A stretch of DNA of 64,000 nt from an uncultured virus (IMG/VR IMGVR_UViG_3300046009_012017). Lineage: Duplodnaviria; Heunggongvirae; Uroviricota; Caudoviricetes. The stretch lies in IMG/VR virus record IMGVR_UViG_3300046009_012017, one strand, 5' to 3'. A model generated the notes under the pieces. That model saw nothing but the letters and a program-made list of their open reading frames with translations. It was not told where the DNA came from and did not search any database. A program made the position numbers and the translations under genes. Positions 1 through 9,313 of this stretch are shown in pieces. Numbering within the stretch: position 1 is the stretch's first letter; each line of letters opens with the position of its first letter.

Positions 1-327
1 AGGACTTAGTATAGACTCTGGCAATCTAGAAAGATCCCTTTGAGACACTAAAACAACTATAGGTCTTTCTCTTACTGAATATCCGCTAGGGCTCATTACT
101 ATTTCTCTGTTTAATATCTTAGACAGATCATTAACAGAAGCCATTGAAACAGATCCGGGATATTTCCAGTCATTTCTATTAACACTGAAGTACTCATCAA
201 CTGGTCCAACTACAGAAACTAGGAAAGGCGTTTTTCCTCCTTTGGCTATCATTGATTTTAGTTCCTCTCTCGATATAGGTGATGGCTCTTTAGTTGAGAA
301 ATTTTCGAATAATATTAGATTTTTCAT
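1..327 (-). CDS. Hypothetical protein with MKNLILFENF leader (runs off the window start)
   Basis: Manual translation: ATG at 327 directly after the TAA of the upstream gene, MKNLILFENFSTKEPSPISREELK..., open to position 1. Confidence 0.8.
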   Translation of the reverse strand, partial: MKNLILFENFSTKEPSPISREELKSMIAKGGKTPFLVSVVGPVDEYFSVNRNDWKYPGSVSMASVNDLSKILNREIVMSPSGYSVRERPIVVLVSQRDLSRLPESILSP

Positions 328-1530
328 TTACTGTGTTACTTTAAATCTTTCTCTGCCACTAGCAGGAATTCCTGGAGCTGAAACTAGAGGGAAATAAAAT
401 CTTCCACTACTTCTTCCGTCTCCTATGTCAAATTTAAACGATCTGTCATCGTAATCTATTTCGGATATTGTTACAACCTTACCCATCTGGTTTTTATCGA
501 TTAATTTTGTACCAACTTTCAGTACTCCTGATAGAGGATGAGGGGGTTTAGCTTGGACAGGTGCTATCGCTTCAGCGAAAAATATTTTATCCATATTGCT
601 ATCAAGGACATCTTTTAATGATTTTCGAATTTCTGATTTAGAATCCTGTGAGGTTTTTTCATACTCTTCCGCTGCAATATCTAGTAGTTCATTATAGATC
701 ATATCCCAATCTGATTTATCCACCATTAAATATCTTGGCTTGTCTAGAATGAATCCACCGGGCTTCCACATTCTTTTATTAACTTCATCTAATGAAATCT
801 CCATAACTTTTGAAGCTGCCATTAGAAACGACTTTTTAAGCAGATCTGTCTTGAATTTTGGTATAGGTTCATATCTTTTACCGCTAGGACCAAAATTATA
901 TAGTGCATAGCAGAATATATTTTTGCTTATGTTTTTTAATGACTCAGTTTCAATTCTTGATAAAATGTCGGATTTTTTTAATCTATCTTCTGTGATATTT
1001 TTTGTTATGTCTATGATTCCCGAGACGATCTCTACTATTTTGTTTGATATGTCTCTAAGGTCATTACCTTGATTTATGTTATCATCTATAATAAGCATTT
1101 TACCAAAATTCCCATTGTTGTCTCCTAAACAACAGTGATGTACTGCACTTATGAATCCTTCTGTTGCTGTATTGTATTTTGGTCTTAGAGCACCCCTTAT
1201 TCCGCCCATCTCGCCGGAGGATTTTATTTCGAAGCTAGGATCCTCCATTTGTAGTAATTTTTTTACCATATCGTCTATCCACGGTTCAACTCTTTGCATA
1301 GTTGGTGAGGATCTTGGTTTTTCGTCGCCCTTTCTATGAATTATCTCTCCTGTTCTTTTATTAATTATGTCTTTATCGTAATATCTAGGTATAGCAAGCT
1401 CTGATTCTATTTTTCTATTGTATGCCTCCCAGTCCACCGCATCCATTACATTGGTGTACTTTATCTTAGGTATGGGTATTATTGATGCTTTAGGATATAG
1501 GTTTAAAAAAGATTGCGCCATCTTACCCAC
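328..1530 (-). CDS. Phosphoribosyltransferase-fold protein, probably the C-terminal part of a frameshifted gene
   Basis: MLIIDDNINQGND resembles the PRPP-binding loop; the frame stays open upstream of the GTG ([15 protein letters not shown]) and overlaps the end of ORF 1541..1879. Confidence 0.55.
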   Translation of the reverse strand: MGKMAQSFLNLYPKASIIPIPKIKYTNVMDAVDWEAYNRKIESELAIPRYYDKDIINKRTGEIIHRKGDEKPRSSPTMQRVEPWIDDMVKKLLQMEDPSFEIKSSGEMGGIRGALRPKYNTATEGFISAVHHCCLGDNNGNFGKMLIIDDNINQGNDLRDISNKIVEIVSGIIDITKNITEDRLKKSDILSRIETESLKNISKNIFCYALYNFGPSGKRYEPIPKFKTDLLKKSFLMAASKVMEISLDEVNKRMWKPGGFILDKPRYLMVDKSDWDMIYNELLDIAAEEYEKTSQDSKSEIRKSLKDVLDSNMDKIFFAEAIAPVQAKPPHPLSGVLKVGTKLIDKNQMGKVVTISEIDYDDRSFKFDIGDGRSSGRFYFPLVSAPGIPASGRERFKVTQ

Positions 1531-1540
1531 AAGGTCTTTA

Positions 1541-1879
1541 CTACTTCCTATAGTTACTATATAATCTATCTTTAAAAAAGTCTTCTAGCGTTTCTCCCGA
1601 CCACATTGAAAAATCATCATTTTTTAATGGCTCCATTATAAATTTCTTAGCATTCCTGCTTTCTTCATTTCCCTTCTTGTATGAGGTTTTAGGATATAGA
1701 CCGAAGTAGGTTTTTATGTTAGCTACACCTCTTTCCGAGAAATTAAGATTGTTGGGATCTACTGTTTTTAAAAGCTCGTTTGGATTATTAGGATCATTCT
1801 TTACTGAGAGATATGTTTTTCCGTTATCATACCAAGCTCCCTCGTTAATGAAATTAATAAATTTTTTAAGATGTTTCAT
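1541..1879 (-). CDS. Protein with [13 protein letters not shown] leader, probably the N-terminal part of the same gene
   Basis: Leader motif; TATAAATA on the minus strand at 1899-1906. Confidence 0.7.
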   Translation of the reverse strand: MKHLKKFINFINEGAWYDNGKTYLSVKNDPNNPNELLKTVDPNNLNFSERGVANIKTYFGLYPKTSYKKGNEESRNAKKFIMEPLKNDDFSMWSGETLEDFFKDRLYSNYRK

Positions 1880-1933
1880 AAAAATCCTTTTTTTAATATA
1901 TTTATAATCTCTACCTTTGTAAAAAATAGATCT

Positions 1934-2416
1934 ATGAGCTATATATCATTTACAAAAGTCGATCTACCTTATGGCTGGTTAGGTAATATGTCACCATATC
2001 CAGTTTCTTACGAAGGTAAAACGTGGAGAACCACTGAGGCTCTTTTTCAAGCACTTCGATTCAATGACGAAGAGATAAGAGAAGCTATAAGAAACGAGAA
2101 AAGTCCGATGGGAGCTAAATTAAAGGCTAAGAGCATTATGAAGAATGCACATCCGGACAAGATCTGTGTTAAACCTCTGAGCAGAGAAGATTTAGACAAC
2201 ATGAGAATGTGTATTTCTCTTAAGTTGGAACAACATCACAATCTTGTCGCTGAGTTAGTTAAAACTGGCGATGCTAAAATATACGAGGATGTCACATCCC
2301 GTGGTAAGAGGGGAAGCAATCTTTTCTGGGGAGCTCTGATGGAGAATGGAGAATGGATCGGTGATAACCACTTGGGTAAAATGTGGGAGGAGCTAAGAAT
2401 GTCTTATAAGAAATAA
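1934..2416 (+). CDS. NADAR (YbiA-like) family protein
   Basis: [29 protein letters not shown]...[13 protein letters not shown] motifs; start moved to ATG 1934, downstream of TACCTTTG. Confidence 0.85.
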   Translation: MSYISFTKVDLPYGWLGNMSPYPVSYEGKTWRTTEALFQALRFNDEEIREAIRNEKSPMGAKLKAKSIMKNAHPDKICVKPLSREDLDNMRMCISLKLEQHHNLVAELVKTGDAKIYEDVTSRGKRGSNLFWGALMENGEWIGDNHLGKMWEELRMSYKK

Positions 2417-2485
2417 ATTTTCTTTAGGAGTTTATTTTTACCGTTTATTTTTGTATAATAATTAAAATCAATAAAAAGTTCAATT

Positions 2486-2827
2486 ATGGCTGTTAAAATG
2501 CAATCAGCAGATTTGCTGAAAGAGTACTTCAACGGGGTTCTAAGTAGAGCCGATCATCACGCTAAAGGCGTACAAGAAATTTCTTTAGCTCTTATGGGAG
2601 CAGTGATCTGGAGATCCGAAGGGGATATCGAGGTTAAGTCCACTAAAGAAGGTGGGATGGGAAATATCCTATGGTTCAACGCTGAAAGCGGAAGATACGC
2701 AATGTATTACAATCACGCGACTATCAGTATTGAAATGCGTGCTAGAACTATGAATGGCGATACCCTACACGTGTTCAATAACGAAACACCGATTTCCGAA
2801 GTGTTTAACGTTTTTAAAGATCTGTAA
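2486..2827 (+). CDS. Integron-cassette protein VCH_CASS14-like
   Basis: YFNGVLSRADHHA..V.EI.LAL.GA.IWR and RYAMYYNH...IEMR...LHVFNNETP match my recollection of this family. Confidence 0.7.
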   Translation: MAVKMQSADLLKEYFNGVLSRADHHAKGVQEISLALMGAVIWRSEGDIEVKSTKEGGMGNILWFNAESGRYAMYYNHATISIEMRARTMNGDTLHVFNNETPISEVFNVFKDL

Positions 2828-2839
2828 AAAGATCTTTAT

Positions 2840-2947
2840 AGTCAGGTGGCGGAATGGTAGACGCACATTAGAAAGTTCCTATAAACCAATGGTTAATATC
2901 GTGGAGCTTTGATATTAATATAACAGGTTCGATTCCTGTCCTGACTA
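2840..2947 (+). tRNA. tRNA-like RNA (Leu-type D arm, canonical T arm, no canonical anticodon arm)
   Basis: Acceptor AGTCAGG/CCTGACT; D arm GCG-GAATGGTAGA-CGC; T arm ACAGG-TTCGATT-CCTGT; long extra arm TTAATATC/GATATTAA; no encoded CCA. Confidence 0.7.
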
Positions 2948-3006
2948 CAAAAAATATAAATCATTTTTTATTTTATATTCGATTATCTATCTTAGCAAAA
3001 AAGGAT

Positions 3007-3306
3007 ATGCTTATAGATTATCTAAAAAAAGAAGGATACCAAAACATAAAAGAAATTCCTGGAAAAGGAATTTGCGGACTAAGAGATTTTATTTTTACAA
3101 CTGGGCTTATGATAGGAATGGATGAGCTCGGTTATTTTGGTAGATATTGTTACGGGTCAAAGGAAGAGGCATTATCTGCTATTAATTCATGGGATGGTCA
3201 AGGAGATCCTCCCGGTGATTGGGTAAAATATAAAGGAAACGGAGGCGAAAGATCCAATCCTAATTTAGATGGTTGTAATTCTTGTAAAAAAGCGAAATAT
3301 GAATAG
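3007..3306 (+). CDS. Hypothetical phage protein
   Basis: 99-aa ORF; TATCTTAG promoter-like element at 2988. Confidence 0.7.
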   Translation: MLIDYLKKEGYQNIKEIPGKGICGLRDFIFTTGLMIGMDELGYFGRYCYGSKEEALSAINSWDGQGDPPGDWVKYKGNGGERSNPNLDGCNSCKKAKYE

Positions 3307-3898
3307 TATATTGGTTTCTGATGACATAAAAGCTATTGTTTCTAGAAGAAGCTCCGATTACTTTAGTTCTGGATATGATTCTAGCACTATGATGAAAGAT
3401 TACGAAAAGAGGGACGATTTTAGATCAGGTACTTCTTGGCACTTACCCACAGAAGATCTAATTCAAGCAATAATAAAATATGGACCCGTCTTGTCAGTTG
3501 GATCCGGATTTGGATACACTGAGTCTTTAGCTAAATCTAGAGGAGCCGATATAATAGCTTCCGACATAGATCCTGATAGTAATAATAAATGGTGTAGAGG
3601 CGGAAAATATCATTGTGAGGTTGAAAAACTTACTGCAATTGAAGCTATTCAAAAATATCCAGATAGGAACGTATTTATGGCTTGGCCTCCTTACGACCAT
3701 CCTATGGCTCATGAAGTAGTTAATGAAATGAGTATTGGTAATTATCTAATATATGTAGGGGAGGGACACGGAGGATGTACAGGAGACGATATGTTCTTTG
3801 ATAAGCTACATTCTGATTTTGAAGAGATTGATTCTGTAGATATTCCGTCATGGTGGGGAATATACGACCATTGTGTAATCTATAAAAAAATAAGATGA
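3299..3898 (+). CDS. Class I SAM-dependent methyltransferase-like protein
   Basis: VLSVGSGFGY glycine loop, IIASD, FMAWPPY, IYVGEGHGGCTG. Confidence 0.6.
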   Translation: MNSILVSDDIKAIVSRRSSDYFSSGYDSSTMMKDYEKRDDFRSGTSWHLPTEDLIQAIIKYGPVLSVGSGFGYTESLAKSRGADIIASDIDPDSNNKWCRGGKYHCEVEKLTAIEAIQKYPDRNVFMAWPPYDHPMAHEVVNEMSIGNYLIYVGEGHGGCTGDDMFFDKLHSDFEEIDSVDIPSWWGIYDHCVIYKKIR

Positions 3899-4245
3899 GC
3901 AATAGAGTGAATTTCAAGAAGGGACATGTTCCATGGAATAAGGGAAAGAAGGGAGTTAATGGCGATTCTAATACTAGATTTTCAAGTGGCGAACATCACA
4001 CTGGAGAAAATCATGTTAGCTGGACTGGCGGTGTTCAAGTAATGAGGGAAGACTGCGTGTACTTATGGAACGGGACCGGAAAGAGAGCTAGACGCCCTAG
4101 GGTAGTATATGAAGAAACTTTCGGACCTATACCCGATGGGCATATTATAATTCACATTGACGGAAACAGATATAATGATGATCCTTATAATTTAATGGCT
4201 ATATCTAGAGCAGAAAACTTAAAAAGAAATAGCAAAAAGGTCTGA
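3895..4245 (+). CDS. HNH endonuclease
   Basis: FKKGHVPWNKG N-terminus; IIHIDGNRYNDDPYNL...RAEN. Confidence 0.8.
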   Translation: MSNRVNFKKGHVPWNKGKKGVNGDSNTRFSSGEHHTGENHVSWTGGVQVMREDCVYLWNGTGKRARRPRVVYEETFGPIPDGHIIIHIDGNRYNDDPYNLMAISRAENLKRNSKKV

Positions 4246-4302
4246 AATCCTTTTTTTCATCCATTATAATAATCTAACTTAGCGGACAATTAAAAAGAAA
4301 AA

Positions 4303-5166
4303 ATGAGACAGCTTAAAATTACACACAGCATTACGAGCAGGGATGATAAGGCTTTAGAAAAATATTTACAAGATATTTCTAAAGAAGAAATGATTACAGC
4401 GGATGAGGAAATAGATTTAACTAGAAAGATCAAAGCAGGAGACGAAAAGGCTTTGGATAAAATGGTCAGAGCAAATTTAAGATTCGTTGTATCTGTTGCT
4501 AAACAATATCAACACCAAGGTTTACCATTAGTAGATTTAATAAACGAAGGTAACGTCGGTCTAATAAAAGCAGCTAAGAAGTTTGACGAAACACGGGGGT
4601 TTAAATTCATCTCATACGCAGTTTGGTGGATTAGACAAGCAATACTAGAAGCTCTTTCAGAAAAAGCTAGAGTTATCCGTATTCCTTTAAACCAGGTTGG
4701 AGTTCTAAGTAAGATCAACAAAACATACTCTAGATTGGAGCAGGAACTTGGAAGAGCTCCTTCAGATGAAGAGATTGCACAAGAACTAGATATGCCCGAG
4801 TTTAAAGTAAGGGATACTTTATATTCTTCTAAAAACCACGTTTCTTATGATGCACCTATGGGAGGTGATACTGAGAATTCTACTATGATCGAAATACTTT
4901 CTAACCCCGATAGTCCAAAAGCAGACTCAGAGGTTATGGTGGAGTCTCTAAAGGTTGATATAGAGAGAAGTCTACAATTTCTAGATCCGAAAGCAAGGGA
5001 GATACTTAAACTCTTCTATGGTATTGGATATAGCCACCCGATATCTTTAGATGAGATCGGACAGAGATATTCTCTAACCAGAGAAAGGGTACGACAGATA
5101 AAAGAGAAAGGTATTCGTAAGATGAAATCCGGACAAGTAAGGAATATACTGAAGGAATACGTTTAA
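4303..5166 (+). CDS. RNA polymerase sigma-70 factor, Bacteroidota RpoD/SigA type
   Basis: MRQLKITHSIT start; ANLRFVVSVAKQY, DLINEGNVGL, FDETRGFKFISYAVWWIRQ, TRERVRQI; no region 1.1. Confidence 0.95.
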   Translation: MRQLKITHSITSRDDKALEKYLQDISKEEMITADEEIDLTRKIKAGDEKALDKMVRANLRFVVSVAKQYQHQGLPLVDLINEGNVGLIKAAKKFDETRGFKFISYAVWWIRQAILEALSEKARVIRIPLNQVGVLSKINKTYSRLEQELGRAPSDEEIAQELDMPEFKVRDTLYSSKNHVSYDAPMGGDTENSTMIEILSNPDSPKADSEVMVESLKVDIERSLQFLDPKAREILKLFYGIGYSHPISLDEIGQRYSLTRERVRQIKEKGIRKMKSGQVRNILKEYV

Positions 5167-5187
5167 TCTATTCATATAATCTATAAT

Positions 5188-5213
5188 AAAAAGGACCTTA
5201 GGGTCCTTTTTTT
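5188..5213 (+). terminator. Intrinsic terminator
   Basis: AAAAAGGACC-TTAG-GGTCCTTTTTTT. Confidence 0.85.
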
Positions 5214-5252
5214 GTTTGCTCTCAATCGGATATATAATTAAAAATACTAGGG

Positions 5253-5543
5253 ATGAAACTAAAAAGATTCAAAGAAATAAACGAAAGCACAGGTAGAATA
5301 TTATACGGAGAAGAAGTACATGCTGCTCATGATAATTTAAAACCGGGAGAGGACATATATTATCTTGAATCTTCCGGTGATGAAAGGATCAAAGGAATGG
5401 TTGTTACCCACCCCGAATATGCCATGATGATGCTTAAAGATGCAGAGGAAAAAAGAGATTGGTCCAAAGTTAATTTCGCTATAATGTATATGCAGAAGCA
5501 CCTAATGCCTGGGTATAATAATAGATTTACAGTTAACCAATAA
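5253..5543 (+). CDS. Hypothetical protein with MKLKRFKEINES leader
   Basis: GATATATA at 5229-5236; leader motif. Confidence 0.75.
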   Translation: MKLKRFKEINESTGRILYGEEVHAAHDNLKPGEDIYYLESSGDERIKGMVVTHPEYAMMMLKDAEEKRDWSKVNFAIMYMQKHLMPGYNNRFTVNQ

Positions 5544-5737
5544 TGGTAAACTTCTTAAGATATTTAATAGTGTGGATAAGTGAAAACTTATCCATTCCTT
5601 TTTGGATAGTTGGACACGTTCATCTTACTATGAATGCTTATGAAGATTTATACGAGATTATTGCTTCTTTTGGTATGAATCTAATAGTTGCCGTTGGATT
5701 TTTTATTGGATACAAAGAGCATAAAAAAAAACAATAA
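5543..5737 (+). CDS. Small membrane protein
   Basis: Two hydrophobic segments; TAATG overlap with the previous gene. Confidence 0.7.
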   Translation: MVNFLRYLIVWISENLSIPFWIVGHVHLTMNAYEDLYEIIASFGMNLIVAVGFFIGYKEHKKKQ

Positions 5738-5775
5738 TTCTTAGGAGATATATACAATATAAAATATATAATAAT

Positions 5776-7473
5776 ATGAACTACGTAGACTCTTTCTATA
5801 ACTTTGTTCCGAATGACGGATCTGTAAATTTTAATGAATTATTTTCCCTTAACGAGAATGGTAGTTCAGCCAGATATTCCAAGGATGAATTTAGATCTCT
5901 TTTTAGCGATTCTCTTCTAGAGTCCGATGGATATGTTAATGAAGAACTTTTAGAGGGAGCTTATGCCTATTACGAACTAAGTACCCTATACGAAAATAAA
6001 TCGGGGTGGATAGATTCTGGATCATCTTATAATAATGTTTTTTTAGATTGTGATTCACATATCATTCTAATTAAAAATGGAATGGGATACCTGATAGAGA
6101 AAAGCACATTGGATATTGCTAGATCTCTTAATGAAAAAGGAATAGGTTGGTTAGAGGATAAATGGAATAAAGTAAAATCTGCTGGAAATTCTGCTATTAA
6201 GAAAACTGTCTCTGCTGTTAAAGGTGGATGGGACGCTCTTAGCTACGGAGCTAAAAAAGCGTGGGAATTTGTTAAGTCTTGTTCTAGTGCAGTTGTTGAG
6301 TTTGTAAAAGGTATGACTTGGTTGGAATGGGCAGCTTTAGGATGCAGCATTCTTTCTGCTATATTGGGGCTTCTAGCAGCGGCAGCTTACGGATCTGGTG
6401 CTTTTGCTTGGGCAGCACCATTTATAGCAGCTATTGGAGGTTTATTACAAGGATTAGGTGGTGGAATACACATTTACGAGGGAATACACAAATCTCAGAA
6501 CGCATATAAGCTTTATGCAAAGGCTACAGAAATTACACCAACAGCAAAATTTGTATCTGTTGTTGCACAGGGTCTCCCAGAGGTAGTAATAGGAGGAGGA
6601 ATGCTAGCACTGGGAATATATGATATAATTGTTGCAGGAACCACTATAGTAAATCCAACAGCAGCAATTGAGGGAATAGCTACGGGTGCTACTGTAAAAA
6701 CTGGTTTAGGAAAAGTAACAGAAACAATTGGAAAGCCGGGTGGAGCGGTTCATCATTTTATAGAACATGCCGGTGTTAGCGTAGCAAAAAAATTCAGTGT
6801 AGATTTAGCTAAGAATGTTGCTGATAGTGCAGCAAAAGCAGCTCTGAAAAGAGCTGGAGCAGCAGCTATAGGAAAGATATTAACAGGAACGGTTGCTTTA
6901 GTATCTTCTAGCATTCTTTCAACCGCTATTGGATGGGTGTGGAAGGGGTTCCTTAAAAACGTATCCATGATTAGTAAAGGATTTGATTTCTTAATAAATA
7001 TACCTAAAAAAATAACTGAAGGAATAGGTGGATTTGTAAAAAAATCCGAAAAGGGTGGTACTTTTGCAAAAATTATAGCAAAAGGACTAGATAAATTGGT
7101 TAAGCCTATGTCTAGTTCTGCTGCAAAAGTTATAGAAAAATATATCCAACCAATTGTTGATAAGTGTAAAAATTGGGCAGATAAGGAGACAAAGGCATTT
7201 AATGAATCAGAGGAGATATTAAAAAAATACAAACACGAGTTACACACAGGTATAAAACATGTTGAAGTTCACAAACCCAAAAAAGGGGAGAATCCTAATG
7301 CTCCTAAACACGAAATAGATCCTAATAAGGTAACCAAGAAGGATATAAAGATAGTTAAAAAGGCGGTCAATAAAACTAAAGGAAAGGAAGATAAAAAGGA
7401 CAAAAAAGTTAAGGAGTCATTACTGTGGGAAAGAAAGCACGTGCATTCTTTCGATGATATGAAATTTATTTAG
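5776..7473 (+). CDS. Large Ala/Gly-rich protein with hydrophobic helices (possible virion or ejection protein)
   Basis: 565 aa; several hydrophobic Gly/Ala segments, Lys-rich tail; GATATATA at 5747. Confidence 0.6.
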   Translation: MNYVDSFYNFVPNDGSVNFNELFSLNENGSSARYSKDEFRSLFSDSLLESDGYVNEELLEGAYAYYELSTLYENKSGWIDSGSSYNNVFLDCDSHIILIKNGMGYLIEKSTLDIARSLNEKGIGWLEDKWNKVKSAGNSAIKKTVSAVKGGWDALSYGAKKAWEFVKSCSSAVVEFVKGMTWLEWAALGCSILSAILGLLAAAAYGSGAFAWAAPFIAAIGGLLQGLGGGIHIYEGIHKSQNAYKLYAKATEITPTAKFVSVVAQGLPEVVIGGGMLALGIYDIIVAGTTIVNPTAAIEGIATGATVKTGLGKVTETIGKPGGAVHHFIEHAGVSVAKKFSVDLAKNVADSAAKAALKRAGAAAIGKILTGTVALVSSSILSTAIGWVWKGFLKNVSMISKGFDFLINIPKKITEGIGGFVKKSEKGGTFAKIIAKGLDKLVKPMSSSAAKVIEKYIQPIVDKCKNWADKETKAFNESEEILKKYKHELHTGIKHVEVHKPKKGENPNAPKHEIDPNKVTKKDIKIVKKAVNKTKGKEDKKDKKVKESLLWERKHVHSFDDMKFI

Positions 7474-7550
7474 TCCTCTTGTCTATCTATTATAGAGAAA
7501 ACTATAATTAGTAAGGAAAACATTACTAGGAAGAATATAAATCTGCTCAT
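7470..7550 (-). CDS. 26-aa single-TM peptide (MSRFIFFLVMFSLLIIVFSIIDRQED)
   Basis: Manual translation; fills the intergenic gap. Confidence 0.4.
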   Translation of the reverse strand: MSRFIFFLVMFSLLIIVFSIIDRQED

Positions 7551-7568
7551 TGTTTTAATATCTATATC

Positions 7569-7763
7569 ATGATGCTTTATACGCTATTTATTATCATTTC
7601 GACTATAATCTTTATTACTGGTCTCGTTTTCTGGATTATATGTATGTTTAATCAAAAAATAGAAAGACCTTTAATGCTATTGATCGGATGTATTTTTTGG
7701 CCTTTATCTATAATTTTTATGTATATGTACGTATACGTATCAAATAGAATATCCAAAAATTAG
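7569..7763 (+). CDS. Small two-TM membrane protein
   Basis: Hydrophobic 64-aa ORF with FWP motif. Confidence 0.55.
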   Translation: MMLYTLFIIISTIIFITGLVFWIICMFNQKIERPLMLLIGCIFWPLSIIFMYMYVYVSNRISKN

Positions 7764-7775
7764 GATATATAAGAA

Positions 7776-8444
7776 ATGAATCGCATAGTTCTTTTTGAAA
7801 ATTTTTCTAATCCTAAATATCTTTGGCCGGATGCTAAGTTTTGGATAGAGGATCTATACCCCGAAGAAATATGCTTTCTAGCTATTTATAATGATTTAAT
7901 ACAAAGCACAAAGTATAGCAAAGAAATTATTCCTCTATTCGAGATGGAAATGGATGATTCCACGCACTCCTTAGAGCCTGATTATTATGATGAGGATAGG
8001 GGTAAGGCTAACTTTGAAATCTTTTATCAAATACCGACAAAGAAAGAAAAATGTAACATATATGCTGAGGTGGAAGCAAAGGGAGGATATGGTCCGTACA
8101 CACCTGCTAGATATATGGAACCTGCCGAAGGCGGGGAACCTATACTATATTCAATTGATATAGAGAGCTTTTCTTATATAAACTCCGATGATACATTCGA
8201 AGCTATATTTACTGATTCATCATATGTATTTAAGTCGGAAACAATAGACAAGAAAAAACTGATGTCCGCTATAGAGTATTTAGCAGCTATGAAGGTAGAA
8301 GCAGACGACGAAACAAGAAGCGTTAAGCCGGAAATTCCCGAGGAACTCATGAAAAAATGTGAATCAATAAGAAAATCAATGCCTGACGTTGTTAGTGGAT
8401 CTAGTATTATCAGTAGATTTACTGACAACGATGGAACAAAATAA
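7776..8444 (+). CDS. Acidic hypothetical protein with MNRIVLFENF leader
   Basis: GATATATA at 7764-7771, 4 nt before the ATG. Confidence 0.8.
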   Translation: MNRIVLFENFSNPKYLWPDAKFWIEDLYPEEICFLAIYNDLIQSTKYSKEIIPLFEMEMDDSTHSLEPDYYDEDRGKANFEIFYQIPTKKEKCNIYAEVEAKGGYGPYTPARYMEPAEGGEPILYSIDIESFSYINSDDTFEAIFTDSSYVFKSETIDKKKLMSAIEYLAAMKVEADDETRSVKPEIPEELMKKCESIRKSMPDVVSGSSIISRFTDNDGTK

Positions 8445-8477
8445 TTTTTATATCTATAATCTGTAAACTAATAGATT

Positions 8478-8768
8478 ATGAGATATTTATTGCTATTTAC
8501 TATTATTCTAACATCTTTTATTTCTTTTTCACAAACTGGTACTTATAAAGTGAGCGAGCTTTCTGTTGTATCCCCGAACAGAGATACTTTATGGCTTATA
8601 AATAATAGTACAGGATTATTGATCGCTAGATCTTGGGAAGTTAATTATTATCCAAACAATGAGAAAAAGCCTGTTATAATTATGGCTGACGTTTTACCAA
8701 ATCCGAATCTTAACCTTTCATCAAATGAGAAAAAAAGCAGAAGAAGAAGATATATAAAAGGTAAATAA
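8478..8768 (+). CDS. Secreted hypothetical protein
   Basis: Signal peptide ending SFS|Q, the Bacteroidota Gln+1 pattern. Confidence 0.65.
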   Translation: MRYLLLFTIILTSFISFSQTGTYKVSELSVVSPNRDTLWLINNSTGLLIARSWEVNYYPNNEKKPVIIMADVLPNPNLNLSSNEKKSRRRRYIKGK

Positions 8769-8774
8769 TAACAA

Positions 8775-9179
8775 ATGATGAAGCACATAAAGCTTTTTGA
8801 AAATTTTGATGTCCCACAAGGAGACGGATCTTCTATAGTATTTGATTGGATGCCTTTTGATGATCAGATTAATAATCCTATAAATTCTTCTATACCAGAA
8901 TCGCTAAACTTAAGAGAAGCAATAGAATTTTGTCAAAGCCGTCCTGAGATAGGAGAGGCAGGCCTTTTTATTGCACATAATAAGATGAGCAATGGCGGAT
9001 TTATTAGATACGTAATAAAATCTACCGAGCCTTTACTTATGGACACTGCGGTATTTGACTCTAATTTTAAGAAGATCAGCGAGCACAATGATATAGATCC
9101 AAAAAAAATAGACGTTGACTCGTACAATAAAGGAGCGTCAGCTCTAGGATCTTTTGGACTTTTTGGGAACAAGGACTAA
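8775..9179 (+). CDS. Hypothetical protein with MKHIKLFENF leader
   Basis: GATATATA at 8749-8756; leader motif. Confidence 0.8.
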   Translation: MMKHIKLFENFDVPQGDGSSIVFDWMPFDDQINNPINSSIPESLNLREAIEFCQSRPEIGEAGLFIAHNKMSNGGFIRYVIKSTEPLLMDTAVFDSNFKKISEHNDIDPKKIDVDSYNKGASALGSFGLFGNKD

Positions 9180-9203
9180 TTAAACCTAAACTATACAATA
9201 GAG

Positions 9204-9226
9204 AAAACCCGGCGACGGGTTTTTTT
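9204..9226 (+). terminator. Intrinsic terminator
   Basis: AAAACCCG-GCGA-CGGGTTTTTTT. Confidence 0.85.
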
Positions 9227-9313
9227 ATTGGTTTTTTTTTCAAAAACGTAAACTTTTTTAAAACCTCTGCATATAATATCTGTATAAATTAAATAAAAAT
9301 AAAATTTAAAATT

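Noticed and set aside
2840..2947. Ordinary decoding tRNA-Leu
   Set aside because: No 5-bp stem with 7-nt anticodon loop can be drawn; kept only as tRNA-like
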